Shown: positions 48,846 through 60,674, counted from the first letter of the stretch. The stretch is DNA of 64,000 bases from Mobula hypostoma (GCF_963921235.1 NC_086097.1:57786001-57850000), one strand, 5' to 3'. Numbers and translations: made by a program. The notes: a model not told the origin generated them from the letters alone.

Positions 48846-49479
48846 TATAGAGAATGATACCCTCTTCACTGTAAACAGTAGGACCGCAACATCATGTTCT
48901 CAATTGATTGCTCAACTGAAATTGTGGTGGCCTTGTAATTTAGCTTATTGCTGTCACATATGCCAAGATGGAGTGAAAAATTTGGTTTTGCTCACCATCC
49001 ATATAGATAATTTCAAAACATAATAACATCAAGTAGTACAAGGGAGAAACAAAAACAGTGCAGAAAAGAGTTCATAGAGTAACAATGCAGATAGAAAATA
49101 AGGTGCAAGGGCCATGGTGAGGTAGATTGTGAATTCAAGAGTTCATCTCAAGTGGTTGGGAGGGTGGGGGGAGTTGTGCAGGGGCTGATGTCTGGAAGTT
49201 CAAAATGATAGTAGGTTGTGATGGTGGGCTGAGGCTTGTTGAAGGTAGGTGGGGGTTTAGTGGGGACTTAGAGGCCAGGGATAACCAGACGTTGGAAGAT
49301 AAGAATCAAAATATGAAGGCTGGGATGTGGATTAGATCTTGGGGTGCAGGTGATTAGGGGAGTTGTGGGGATGCTGCAGTTAGGAGTCGTGGAGGGATGT
49401 AGTGGTCCTGTGGTCTGACCAGTTCTATATAGGGTCAGCTAGGATACAAAAGTAAGTAGAGGGATATAAATTGCATTGG

Positions 49480-49690
49480 TCTTCCTCCTTTACACAGTGT
49501 TAATCTACCCCCTCCAACATAGCACTCCATTTTTTTCATCCATCTGCCTAGCTAAGATTCTCTTAAATGTCCTTAATGTACCTGCCTCCACCATCACCCC
49601 GGCATCTAAAATGCTCTGTATTAAAAAGCCTGCCTCTGACATCCCCTCTATACTTTCCTCCCAACACCTTAAAGTTATTCCCCCTTGAAC
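49480..49690 (-). mobile_element. CR1 3' relic
   Basis: Minus-strand NNFKVLGGKYRGDVRGRLFN; gtacctgcctccaccatcacccc. Confidence 0.7.
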
Positions 49691-51579
49691 TAGCAGCCTT
49701 TGCTTCCTTCATCAGAGAAGCTTGGCGATCAAAAGATTGGCACGAGCCTGAAACATGACAGGAAGAGGCTGGTTGCATTTATCACTGCATTGTGATTATA
49801 ACAAAAAACATTGCAACTGCTGTTTTGTCATACAAATTGACTTTGGCCTAGATATGTTGAAATAATGGGATCCTTTTGGGCCTCTATAGGTAAACTTATT
49901 CTCGTTTTTCATATTGCTATTTTCTTACATGCAACCACATTTAATGTAGCTTTGTCTTTTTGTGGACTGTCAGAATAAAATGAAATCTTGGCTGGTCTTG
50001 TTGTGCTGAGCGAACCCTGGAATGATTAACTGGAACAAATGATGAGATTACCATCTGCAGTACTACACTGGTCCTACAGTGGCAAGGGGATGATTACTGT
50101 TACTGGAAGGGAGGCCCAGTTTAAGCACTCTCCAAAGGTGGAGGCTCAATAAATCCATAACGACATGCAATATATTGTGCTGTGTTTGCAGAGTAGCTGA
50201 GAATAACCTTGTGGAAATGCTGGCGTGCAAAAAGCAAGCAAAGCAAATAACAAGTATTCCAAGAGGAGAAAGACATGGGTTGAAGGGTATGTTGTCAATA
50301 TTGGAGTTAAAAGGAAATGAGAATAATATTTTACTTAGAATGTTGCAATGTAATGATGTACTATGAAAGTTACAGTTTTGTCCTCCAATTCACCATGTGT
50401 TAGATATTATTTAATTTGGAGGGGTCAGGTGCTTTGCACTATCTGTTCAGCATCTGCAATATTGATGACGGCGAAGAATGTTGATTAATGTAACTGTAAC
50501 TTCAGTAAGTAAAAATTTGACAGGATAACTTTATAGTCAGTGAACAGTTTAAACATCACAAAGCAAAATGTACAGTTCTTCGGGCTTTGATGGCAGTTTT
50601 CTCAGAAAAGAAAATGTGCACCTCATTTCTGGCAAACTGAAGACCATTGTGTACTAGGGAAATAGGGTGGGTAGAGTGAGAAAGGGACACAGCCTGAGGA
50701 GGAAATTTTTCTGTCAGAGCCATACTTCCTGGCTTGATATATGAGGATGCTTTGATGCTGCAGCTCTTTAATACAATGCGTCATGATATTGAGTTAGTAT
50801 TAAATGTGTATTTCTTTATTTGAATCCAAGTATACCTTATGGAATACACATGCATTTGAAAAGAAATTTGAAGGAAAATAACTCGTTCAATTAAAGTTTA
50901 CTAAATATTGCATGGAGATTTACTGTGAGAATAAACTAAGCGAAGCTCAGCTGTACAACTGTGTGTGATAGCAGCTGAAAACCTTAGGTGTGAATGTTAA
51001 TCTGCACTGCATTAACTAAACTCATCTGCCAAGGCAATTGGGTGCTATAATGAGCCTCAGTGGAGTGGAAACATTGGCTGTGTTCCTGATCACCACTCTG
51101 ATTGCCTCCGGAGAAATGTCAGTATTTGAATGGCAGATAACAGCTGAGACAAGCCTGAAATCAGTCCACACCCACAGCACTTTCCAGTAGCCTGACAAGG
51201 TTCTGGTTGTGAGTTTACACAGAAAGATGCTCTCATAATATGGAACTGCAGGGCAATATGGAACTATAGAGCTAATCAGAAAATATCAAACAAGATATAC
51301 AATTGTTATTTAAAATAGATCTTAAAGTGTTTACCTTCATTAGTCATGTAGTATAAATATATTTCCTGCAACTATCAATCATACAAATACTTCCAACTTG
51401 ATGAAATTGGCTAATAACTCCTGCTTATAATTTGGAAGCAAGTACCCCAAGCATTAATATGGCAGACAGGAGAATAACCGAATAAACATTAAAACGGAAT
51501 TTTAAAAATCTTCCACTTATTTGATTCATTCTATAATCTCTTCATAAGGTTCCAAAGAACTTTCGTATTTCAAAACAGG

Positions 51580-51810
51580 ATGTAGTCTCCATTGTGATTT
51601 AGGAAACTTAGCAGTTAGATTGTGCATAACAAGCTTACATGAGTGGTGGTATGTTAATGAAAACCCTGTTTTGTTTTGATTGAGGCCAGTCACAAGGGAT
51701 AACTCCTTTGCTCTTCTATGAAATATCGTCATGGGATCTTTCATGCCCACTTGGAAGGACAGATGGGCACAGGTTTAATCTCTGACCTGACACTGATGCG
51801 TTGAAGTGGA
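51580..51810 (-). mobile_element. Deu-domain SINE relic
   Basis: aactcctttgctcttctatgaaatatcgtcatgggatctttcatgcccacttggaaggacagatggg..ggtttaat. Confidence 0.6.
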
Positions 51811-52598
51811 AATACTTGAAGGGGTTAGAGGAAAGGGGAAAGGGGTGAGTTGATGGAAATGTTTTAGGGTCATGTACGCTTTCACTAATTTACAAAATCA
51901 CCAGAAGTACAGGAAAGAGGGAGCTAATTCAGTGAATCCAGTACTCATTGCCTCTATGCATAAGGAATTCAGTTCATCCCATCCAATGTATTTTCCCATT
52001 TTGTAGTTGTCCAGCTCCCTTTGGAGCATTGTAAGTGTAGCTGGCTTCACTATTTGTCCTGTTAGTGCATTCCTGAATTCAGATATTACCCACTGTGTGT
52101 ATGAGTGAGAGTGAGAGAGAGAGAGAAGCCTTCTGTCACATCACTTTAGGTTTCCTTTAGCAATCATCTTCATTCTATATTCTCTGGTTCTTCTGACATT
52201 GGGAACAGCCACTCTGCCTACATCCAAAATAACTATAAATGCAGTGCCTTGAAGAAGTATTCAGCACCCACAATTATTTTCACATTTTACTGTTACATTT
52301 TCTAAATTTAAAATGTATTGAAGTAGAATTCTGAGCTAATCTACAAAACATTGTGCATCATGTCAAATAAAAAAAATTCCAAAACCTGTCAACAATTAAA
52401 AATTAAAAGTTAAAATTGGGATGTTGAGAAATTATTCATCCCCCTGCAATTATTATGCTAACTTTCCTCAGGTGCAATACAGTATATTACCTTACCACCT
52501 CACCCAATTTCTTGAAGTAGAAAATTGGAGGATCACCTGAATGAATACCCCCTCTCTTTGTAAGGTCCAATGATAGATTTTCAATAGATCAAACCAAA

Positions 52599-53587
52599 AT
52601 GAAGACAAAAGAGCATTTAAGGCAGGTCAGGGAAATGACAATAGACAAGCACAAATCTTGGAAAAGGTTACAAGTCCACCTCACAGGCACTGCACATACT
52701 TCGGAACTTATTGCAGTCCATCTTGAAAAAGTGGAAAAATATGAGTCCACAGCCATCCTGTCTAAGGCCGCCCTTCTAAACTTAGTCACAGGAGAAAAAT
52801 GGCACTTGTAAGAGAGGCTACTGTGATACCAACTGTCACTCTGTGTGAGCTGCAGAAGTCGGTGGCTGAAACTGGTGATCCACAATCTCTAAGGTATTTA
52901 TGGAAAAGTGACAAGGAAGAAGCCCTGGCTAAAAAAACAGAAGCATATCCTTTCCTATAAAGACTTTGCACAGCTTCACTTAGAAGATACTGTAAAGATG
53001 TGGAAGAAGGTCTTGTGGACGGACAACACTAAAGTGGAATTTTTTGGCCTCAATGCTAAGCGTTACGTGTGGCATAGATCTAATACTGCACATCAGCCAG
53101 GTAACACCATCCCTTCTGTAAAGTATGGTGAAGGTAGCATTATACTATTGGGATGCTTTTCAGCAGCAGGGACTGGAAATCTGGTCAGGATTGGTGGGAA
53201 GATGAATACTGCTAAATACAGAGAGATCCTGGATAAAAACCTTCTAGCCTCTGCCAGAAAGCTTAAAATGTTGAGGAAGTTTGTCTTTCAGCAGGAAAGT
53301 GACCCTAAAAACACTGCCAGACGAAACATGGAGTGGCTTTAAATGAAGAAAAATGATGTCTTTGAGAGGCCCAGTCAGAGTCCTGTTCTTGACCCGATCA
53401 ATCATCTCTGGCAGAATCTCAAGATTGCTGTCCACTGTCACTCCCCAACTAACCTGTACAACTTGAGCAATTTTGCTAGGAGCAATAGGAAAATCTAACT
53501 CTATCACATTGTGCAAAGCAAATGGAGACTTATCCAAAAAGACTACTAGCTATAATAATTGCGAGATGTGGTTCAATGAAGTACTGA
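52599..53587 (+). pseudogene. Tc1 transposase pseudogene
   Basis: MKTKEHLRQVRE.., [59 protein letters not shown]. Frameshifts, a stop and altered catalytic residues. Confidence 0.9.
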
Positions 53588-54136
53588 GGAAAGGGAGATG
53601 ATTACCTTTGAACCTTCTACAAGCCCACTGACTCTTATATCTACCTCGACTATACCTCTTCCCACCCCACCACATGCAAAAATGCCATTCCTTATTCCCA
53701 GTTCCTCTGTCTCTGCTGCACCTGCCCCCAGGACATCTCAGATGTTCTCTTTCTTTAAGGATCGTGGTTTCCCTTCTGCCGTCATCAATGATGCCCTCAC
53801 CCGCGTCTCCTCCATTTCCCACACTTCGGCCCTCACCCCATCCTCCTGCCACCACAACAGGGACAGAGTTCCCCTTCTCCTCACCTACCACCCCACCAGC
53901 CTCCGGATCTAGCACATTATTCTCCGCAACTTCCACCACCTTCAACAGAACCCCATCACTAAGCACATCTTTCCCTCTCTGCTTTCTGCAGGGATCGGTC
54001 CCTCCGCAACTCCCTGATCCACACGTCCCTCCCCACGGAGCTCCCACCTGGCACTTATCCCTGTAAGCGTAAGTGCTACACCTGTCCCTACACCTCCTCT
54101 CTTGCCACCATTCAGGGCCCCAAACAGTCCTTCCAG

Positions 54137-54463
54137 GTGAGGCAACACTTCACTTGTGAGTCTGTTGGGGTCATCTATTGTATCCGGTGCTCCCGGTGCG
54201 GCCTCCTCTACATCGGTGAAACCCGACGCAGATTGGGGGACCGCTTCGTCGAGCACCTCCGCTCCATCTGCCATAACAGACAGGATCTCCCGGTAGCCAC
54301 CCACTTCAACTCTGCTTCCCATTCCCATTCGGATATGTCCATACATGGCCTCCTCTACTGCCATGATGGGGCTAAACTCAGGTTGGAGGAGCAACACCTC
54401 ATATACCGTCTAGGTAGCCTCCAGCCCCTTGGTATGAACATAGAATTCTCCAACTTCCGGTAA
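54137..54463 (+). CDS. PLE GIY-YIG endonuclease domain (C-terminal part of a disrupted ORF)
   Basis: GVIYCIRCSRCGLLYIGETRRRLGDRFVEH..VATHFN..RLEEQHLIYRLGSLQPLGMN. Confidence 0.9.
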   Translation: MRQHFTCESVGVIYCIRCSRCGLLYIGETRRRLGDRFVEHLRSICHNRQDLPVATHFNSASHSHSDMSIHGLLYCHDGAKLRLEEQHLIYRLGSLQPLGMNIEFSNFR

Positions 54464-54727
54464 TTCCCTCCCCCTCCTTTCCCCTATTCCTATGTCACTC
54501 TGCCCCCTCCCCCAGCTGCCTATCACCTCCCTCATGGTTCTGCCTCCTTCTACTACCCATTGTGTTTTCCCCTATTTCTTCTTCACCTTTCCTGACTATC
54601 ACCTCCCTGCTTCCTCTCCCCCACCCCTTTATCTTTCCCCTTACTGGTTTTTCACCTGAAACCTATGAACCTTCTCCTTCCCACCCTCCCCCCACCTTCT
54701 TTATAGGGCCTCTGCCCCTTCCCTCTT

Positions 54728-54765
54728 CAGTCCTGACAAAGGGTTCCGGCCCGAAACGTTGACTG
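54728..54765 (+). ncRNA. Hammerhead motif with G8 changed to A (likely inactive)
   Basis: CAGUC-CUGACAA-A-GGGU(UCCG)GCCC-GAAAC-GUU-GACUG. Confidence 0.65.
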
Positions 54766-55229
54766 ATCGTTTCCACAGATGCTGCCTGACCTGCTGATTT
54801 CCTCCAACGTGTTGTGAGTGTTGCTTTTACCTCAGCATCTGCAGAGTATTTTGTGTTTACTTTTGAACCTGACATTTCAATTTTTGAATTTTAAAAAATG
54901 TTTCACATGGTTTACAATTTTCCCTCCTTTTTGGGTTCTGCTGTGAAAAAAGGAGCATGTGATTCACAAATAAAAATTCTCAGTCAAGTTGATCTAAATC
55001 CCTGGTTGTAATACTCATTTAGTATGTGAACAAAGGGTTGTGGGCTGAATACTTTTATAAGTCACTGTACTTCAATCAGATATGTTCCAAAGATTTTAAA
55101 TCCAGCTTCTGTCTATCCATATAATTAAAATCCTTCATCCTTAGAATTAAGCTAGTAGATTTCCTATGTATCTTCCCCAAGGTCTTCACATATTTCCTAA
55201 AGTATGATATTTAGACTTTTTTTCTAAGA

Positions 55230-55775
55230 GCAACAGACAGTGCTTAAAGAATGATGGAGAATGGACATGAAAGCACAGAGGAACATCTGGAGAAAATTTC
55301 TGAAACGCCCGTTTGCTGCTGTCGTTACTGTGTGGTCGGGAATCTTTCGGAGGGTAGGCCTCAAAATCCCTGGCCTTGCCTGCTTTTGGCGACCGAAAAG
55401 GAGGTTGAATTGTTCGGACAGAGATGGCACTCAGTACTCAGTGTCGGAGAGCTATCAGAGCTCGAAGTTTTCGGATGACTCAGAGTCGGATTGTGGTCGG
55501 CATGGCAGGGAGAGTTCTTCTTCCTTCTCCCATCTGCGTGAGATGTGGGACATTTGAGAAACTTTGAACTTTACTGTGCTCATGGACTGCTTCATCAAGT
55601 TATGGTATTGTGCACTGTTGTAACTATATGTTATAATTATGTGGTTTTGTCAGTTTTTTCAGTCTTGGTCCATCCTGTGTTTTGTGATATCACACCAGAG
55701 GAAATAATGTATCATTTCTTAATGCATGCATTACTAAATGACAATAAAAGAGGACTACGTGTCTTCATAATCCTA
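55230..55775 (+). mobile_element. Unclassified CpG-rich non-autonomous retroposon with Rex-like tail, inside an old minus-strand CR1 relic
   Basis: Sharp CpG-rich body, no recognisable ORF, and 3' end ..actaaatgacaataaaagaggactacgtgtcttcataatc. Confidence 0.5.
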
Positions 55776-56867
55776 AAAGAGTTGTCCTGACTTACTTATT
55801 CTTGCCCACTTTGCCTCTACACTGTATAACCCAGGGTTTCATTTATCTTCTTTAGAAATACTTTCTTAGCCATACCTTGTTTATATTGCCTCTCCTATTT
55901 CTCCTGTTAAGTTTCATCTCTCCATCATGTATCCTCTTGAAAAGTCCTACTATAATCCTTGCAGTTCCCTAAGCTTCCCAATTTTGTGCCAGTGTAGACT
56001 TAATAAATGTCTTATATACCCTAGTCCTCTGAACCACAGTAAACACTGCTGTAACATTTCCCTCCCATTTGAAAAACAATCTTTCATTTCCTGTATTCTG
56101 TCCACTTAGCTAATATTCTATCTATCTTGCCCCTGTCTCCTTAACTGCATGTGATTCAATCATTATTCCAAGCTTATTAAATGCTATTCCATCAGAACCC
56201 TCTTGGAAGTTCAGGTACATTCCAACCTCATTCACCTGGCTAAACTAGTGTTAACTCCTCAGAAAACAATGTCAAATTAAACAATATTTGAATTTAACAG
56301 ATCCATTCTAGATATCTCTTTAAAAAAAATCACACTTCAAGTGTCTGTTAAGTGGTAGCTCGATGTTCCAGCAGCTTATTTTTTATTTACCCAACCAGTA
56401 TCTCAACATCTTTGTTTTCTGAGATCCGAACAGAATGTTTTCCTTGTAAATACTAGTGTAAAGTGGCAATGTAAGACCTTGGCTTTCTCTCTCCTTATTG
56501 GTCTCTAACTGGCTTCACTTTCTTTCTGCTACTGTTACATAAATTTCATAGATTTTTATGTTAGCTGCCAGTCTTTTCTCTTACTTTTTCTTTGCCTGTA
56601 TTACAGCTTGGTGCTTTCTGCCTCATTATCTTCAACCTAACTGCTGTTAGAGATTATTTTTCCCTTTTACCTTTATTTTTATCATTTTATCTCTTTGGTC
56701 TTCCACACAGTTCTGGCTTTAATTTCCCAATCTTTCTTTGTTAGAAAATAGAAAGTTCTACATTAACCATTTCCTCAAACATTTTCTCTTGTTTCTTTTT
56801 GGTTTTGCCAGACAATCTTTGATTATTACTTGGGTCTAATGAGTTATTTTGGTTCATTGAAGTATTA

Positions 56868-56988
56868 ATCCATGATGAAGATGGCAGAGTTGTTGTCAAA
56901 ATGTTGTTTAAAATCGATACCTGTACCTGACTGGAAGCCCGAGAAAAGTTTATTCATCATTTACACCAGGAAAGCACTAGATCCTTTT
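56868..56988 (+). mobile_element. Terminus of a second PLE family with a degenerate hammerhead
   Basis: atgatga-a-gatggc(agagtt)gttgtc-aaaatgtt followed by atcgatacctgtacc..ggaagcccgagaa..gcactagatcc. Confidence 0.45.
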
Positions 56989-58520
56989 TAATTAAAGTGT
57001 GTTTACAAATGAAAGGGGAACTGTCATATGGCAAAAAGACAAAGAGGCTACAGCAGCTATTGCTAACAAAATTAGCAGATCGGATGTGAGGGGTTGAACG
57101 TTTCTTTTTGTTTTGAGTTCATTTCAATGTTTTGCTCCTGTCTTCATTCCTCTTCTTCCCCTTGGACGGCTGCAGATTTGTTCAATGGTTCTGGGTTTTC
57201 CAGGTTGCCAAGGTTTCCCGGTGTTTCGAAGACATTTAAATACGCTGCAATCTAACTCTTGTGACCGTGTTTACTGAGTTCATAGTCAAATTAATATTCA
57301 TAAGATTCTTCATAAAATCTATCAGCAACTGTCACAGCTAATGTTAATTTCAGGAGATTGCTTGTCTTTTGTTCACTGTAATCTTCAGTGATGCATTAGT
57401 GTATCGTGATGATATGAATATGTGATAATTCTTGTAGGAATAACATTTTTAGGTTACATTATAAAAACATTACAGAATCTGCTGTACGAACAGCATTCAT
57501 TTCCTAAGAAGTATAGAAAACAGGAACTGTAGTAGGCTATTCAACCACTCCAAGTCTTCTCCAACATTCAACACTATCATGGTGATCATCCACCTGACAT
57601 AAGATAGCAGAGACATTGAATTTATTACTGCTAGTTTACTGTGTGTAAGTTGTGCATAAAAGCAAGTTAATGCAGTTTAGATCAAGCCAGCAACATTCAG
57701 TAGGTCAGGCAGCATCTGTGGAAGGAGAATCAGAATTATTGCTTCAGGTCAAAGACCCTACATCTAATGTGCTGCAGTCATGTGCATAACAAGTTGAATG
57801 CTGCTGACATAATTTGGAGCCTTTGAGTGTAATTTACAATTTTGTCAGACAAAAGCATTACGCCAGAACTTCTAATTTTGCAAAGATTTCTTATTTCCTA
57901 ACCATAAGAAAGCAGGGCGTATGGCCCATTGAGTGTATGCCAACTTGCAGAGCAACCTCATAAATCCTCTCTCCCCACCAGCTACTTACACCAGATTTTA
58001 TGGGTGGGGGCATTATTTATAAAATTTATTTAGGAATTGGATTGTGTTGCTGGTAAGGAATCCTAAGCCATTGTTGCTGCTTGAGAAAATATGGCATTTA
58101 TGTTCTCGGACTTTTTAATTGGAATCAGTCAGTAGGTTGTGTGCAAAATATTTAATAATAATAATACAAACGTTCTTTATTGATCTGGAATGGGAAACTC
58201 TTTTATTACAGCAGCAAAATTTAAAAACACACTTAGCAGTGTGCTTAACTAGTAATAAATACGGTATAGTAATAGTGTAAAAATAGTAATAATATAAAAA
58301 TAGTGTACCAATATGCAATAATGATGTACAAAATAATAAAGCCGAGATTATTGTACTATGATGTATATGTTCACTTGTTGCACAGGGATGAAATGATGTA
58401 TATTCAGAATTATTATCTGAATCTACAGAGCTATTCGCAGCAGAAATAGCCACCAACTGGAAGCATAGTACATCATGGAAACATAAATATAGAACAGTAG
58501 AGTACAGAAACAGGCCTTTC

Positions 58521-59207
58521 AGTACGCTGGATGAACTCAGCAGGTTGGGCAGCATCAGTTAGAAACGATGAGTTGACGTTTTGGGCCGGAACCCTTCGTC
58601 AGGACTGAAGAATGAAATTTGGGGAAGGATTTGAAGAATGCTTGTAGCTTCAGTTGAAAGACCGGTAATTTGAAAGACAAAGGGGTGGGGGAGGGGAAAC
58701 ATTGACGTCATAGCCCTGAAAACAATGGGTGGTAGAAGAAGGAGGCGGAACCATGAGGGAGCTGGGGGAGGGGGCAGAGTGAAATAAGGATAGAGGAAGG
58801 GAGGGGGAGGGAATTACCGGAAGTTGGAGAATTCTATGTTCATACCAAGGGGATGGAGACTACCTAGACGGTATATGAGGTGTTGCTCCTCCAACCTGAG
58901 TTTAGCCTCATCATGGCAGTAGAGGAGGCCATGTATGGACATATCTGAATGGGAATGGGAAGCGGAGTTGAAGTGGGTGGCTACTGGGAGAATGGGAAGC
59001 AGAGTTGAAATGTGTGGCTACCGGGAGAAGATGAAGCTACAAGCATTCTTCAAATCCTTCTCCATCTTTCTTTCTTCAATCCTGACGAAGGGTTCCAGCC
59101 CGAAACGTCGACTCATCATTTCTAACTGATGCTGCCTGACCTGCTGAGTTCATCCAGCGTACTGAACGTGTTGCTTTGATCACAGCATCTGCAGATTATT
59201 TTGTGTT
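58521..59207. mobile_element. PLE with long inverted 5' arm and ~18-bp TSD, inserted in a minus-strand CR1 3' end
   Basis: TSD TACAGAAACAGGCCTTTC at 58503-58520 and 59208-59225. 58521-58652 is the reverse complement of 59030-59164. 58812-59028 is a reverse GIY-YIG C-terminus. Confidence 0.92.
59078..59113 (+). ncRNA. Minimal type-I hammerhead ribozyme motif with intact catalytic core
   Basis: AAUC-CUGACGA-A-GGGU(UCCA)GCCC-GAAAC-GUC-GACU. Palindromic ACGU stem III and one mismatch in stem I. Confidence 0.8.
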
Positions 59208-59896
59208 TACAGAAACAGGCCTTTCGGCCCACTCTGATGTGCTGAACTAATTAAGCTAATGGTGTCTAATTCAATTAATCCATTCTACCCGCACATGGAC
59301 AATATCCTTCCAATCTCTGCATATTTGTTTGACCTTCTAAGAAGCTCTTAATCTCCTTTGACATATCTGCCTTCACCACCACTGCCCTGCACATCTCCCA
59401 TTGAACTTACCCATAAGACAAAGGAGCACCATTGGGCCATTTGGCTAGTCGGGTCTAACCTGCCAGTTAATCATCTGGGATTCATTATATTCAATATATC
59501 CAGTCTGTTTTCTAAGACCAAATGATGTTAAAAGTCACTGGAGTTTGGTTTGAACACATTACTAACTGCTCATATGGAAGAATTCCCCTAGAATCCCTAA
59601 CTACATTATATTTCCTTTTGCTCTTTTCCCTACTCAATGAAGTCCCAGGGAATGCTACAACATTACGTTTTATTTTGTTATTGGTTAAATAATTAGGAAA
59701 TCACTAGGTTAATAAGGGTTCCAATCCTGCGAGATGTTCATCAGAAATGTCTGTTTTCTGTAGTTACCAATATTGTATATCTCTATATGTTCTTCCTATA
59801 AATCTTTCATTTCATTGGATAATCGCCCTCATACTACCCATAATTAAACTAATGGAATATATCCCATATTCAATCATTAATGAGTACCGTGAAACT

Positions 59897-59918
59897 ATTA
59901 TTATTATTATTATTATTA
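59897..59918 (+). repeat. (ATT)n microsatellite
   Basis: tattattattattattattatt. Confidence 0.9.
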
Positions 59919-60674
59919 GACTGAAGAATGGAAGAATTTATATGAAGTCAAATTTCCATACGTCAGGGTCATTCGTAATTTGGAGCTCGGAAAAGTCTCA
60001 TTTCCTCACTTGTGTTAATAGATTTGCCCTGAACGGAAAGCAGCTCTGCAGCCTAACCTGATTGATCCAGAACTTGGAGCCCTACAGATTTTAGATGGAA
60101 GCGTAACCTGTTTAATATCTCATGTTTGGTGTAAAAAGAAATGTCTCTATCTTGAATGCCATGTCAGCATCCAAAAGCCGGCAGCGGTGATGTAGGGAAA
60201 TAGGTACTGTAGTCGGAAGCACAGCTATTCTTTTTGATGTATGAGTTTACTTTGTTGTTTTCAGAGAAGGCAGTTAGCAAGGCTTGAAAACAAGCACTTT
60301 CCAGCTGAGGAGGCAGGATGTACTGATTCACTTAAAAGCATTGCTGGAGGGAGTCGGCAGAAGTAGGAACAAGAAAGAGCAAGAATGTGATAGTGCTCCT
60401 ATTTATAAAACAGGCCTGTCCTGAGGGTGTGTCACCCCAGAGATTAACCAACGGATTAGTGCCTGCCCAGTTTGTTAACGGCTTATTGTTTCTTTTTCAA
60501 TGTCTGACCTTTCTAACATTTAGTTTGATTTTTGTTTTGATCTTCATTCCATCTTTTTTCTTCCTGCTGCCTTTCATTCAGTAGTTTCATCATTTTGCTG
60601 CTTAATACTATCTTAATATTTACTTTGTCTAGTTTCTGCTTTTTATTGCCTTCCTCTTTTTTAATATCTTTCAG

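Larger units (their letters stand above)
53616..54857 (+). mobile_element. 5'-truncated Penelope-like element with 13-bp TSD
   Basis: TSD TACCTTTGAACCT (53603-53615) / TACTTTTGAACCT (54858-54870). FYKPTDSYIYLDYTSSHP, then GIY-YIG, pyrimidine-rich UTR, hammerhead and tail. Confidence 0.92.
52242..55067 (+). mobile_element. Tc1-like DNA transposon of IR/DR type, interrupted by a PLE
   Basis: TIRs CAGTGCCTTGAAGAAGTATTCAGC and GCTGAATACTTTTATAAGTCACTG|TA. Inner repeats near 52422-52445 and 53593-53615. Confidence 0.9.

Noticed and set aside
51035..51270. Faint resemblance to an LF-SINE-like ancient repeat
   Set aside because: The similarity is from memory and too patchy to support without a Dfam search.
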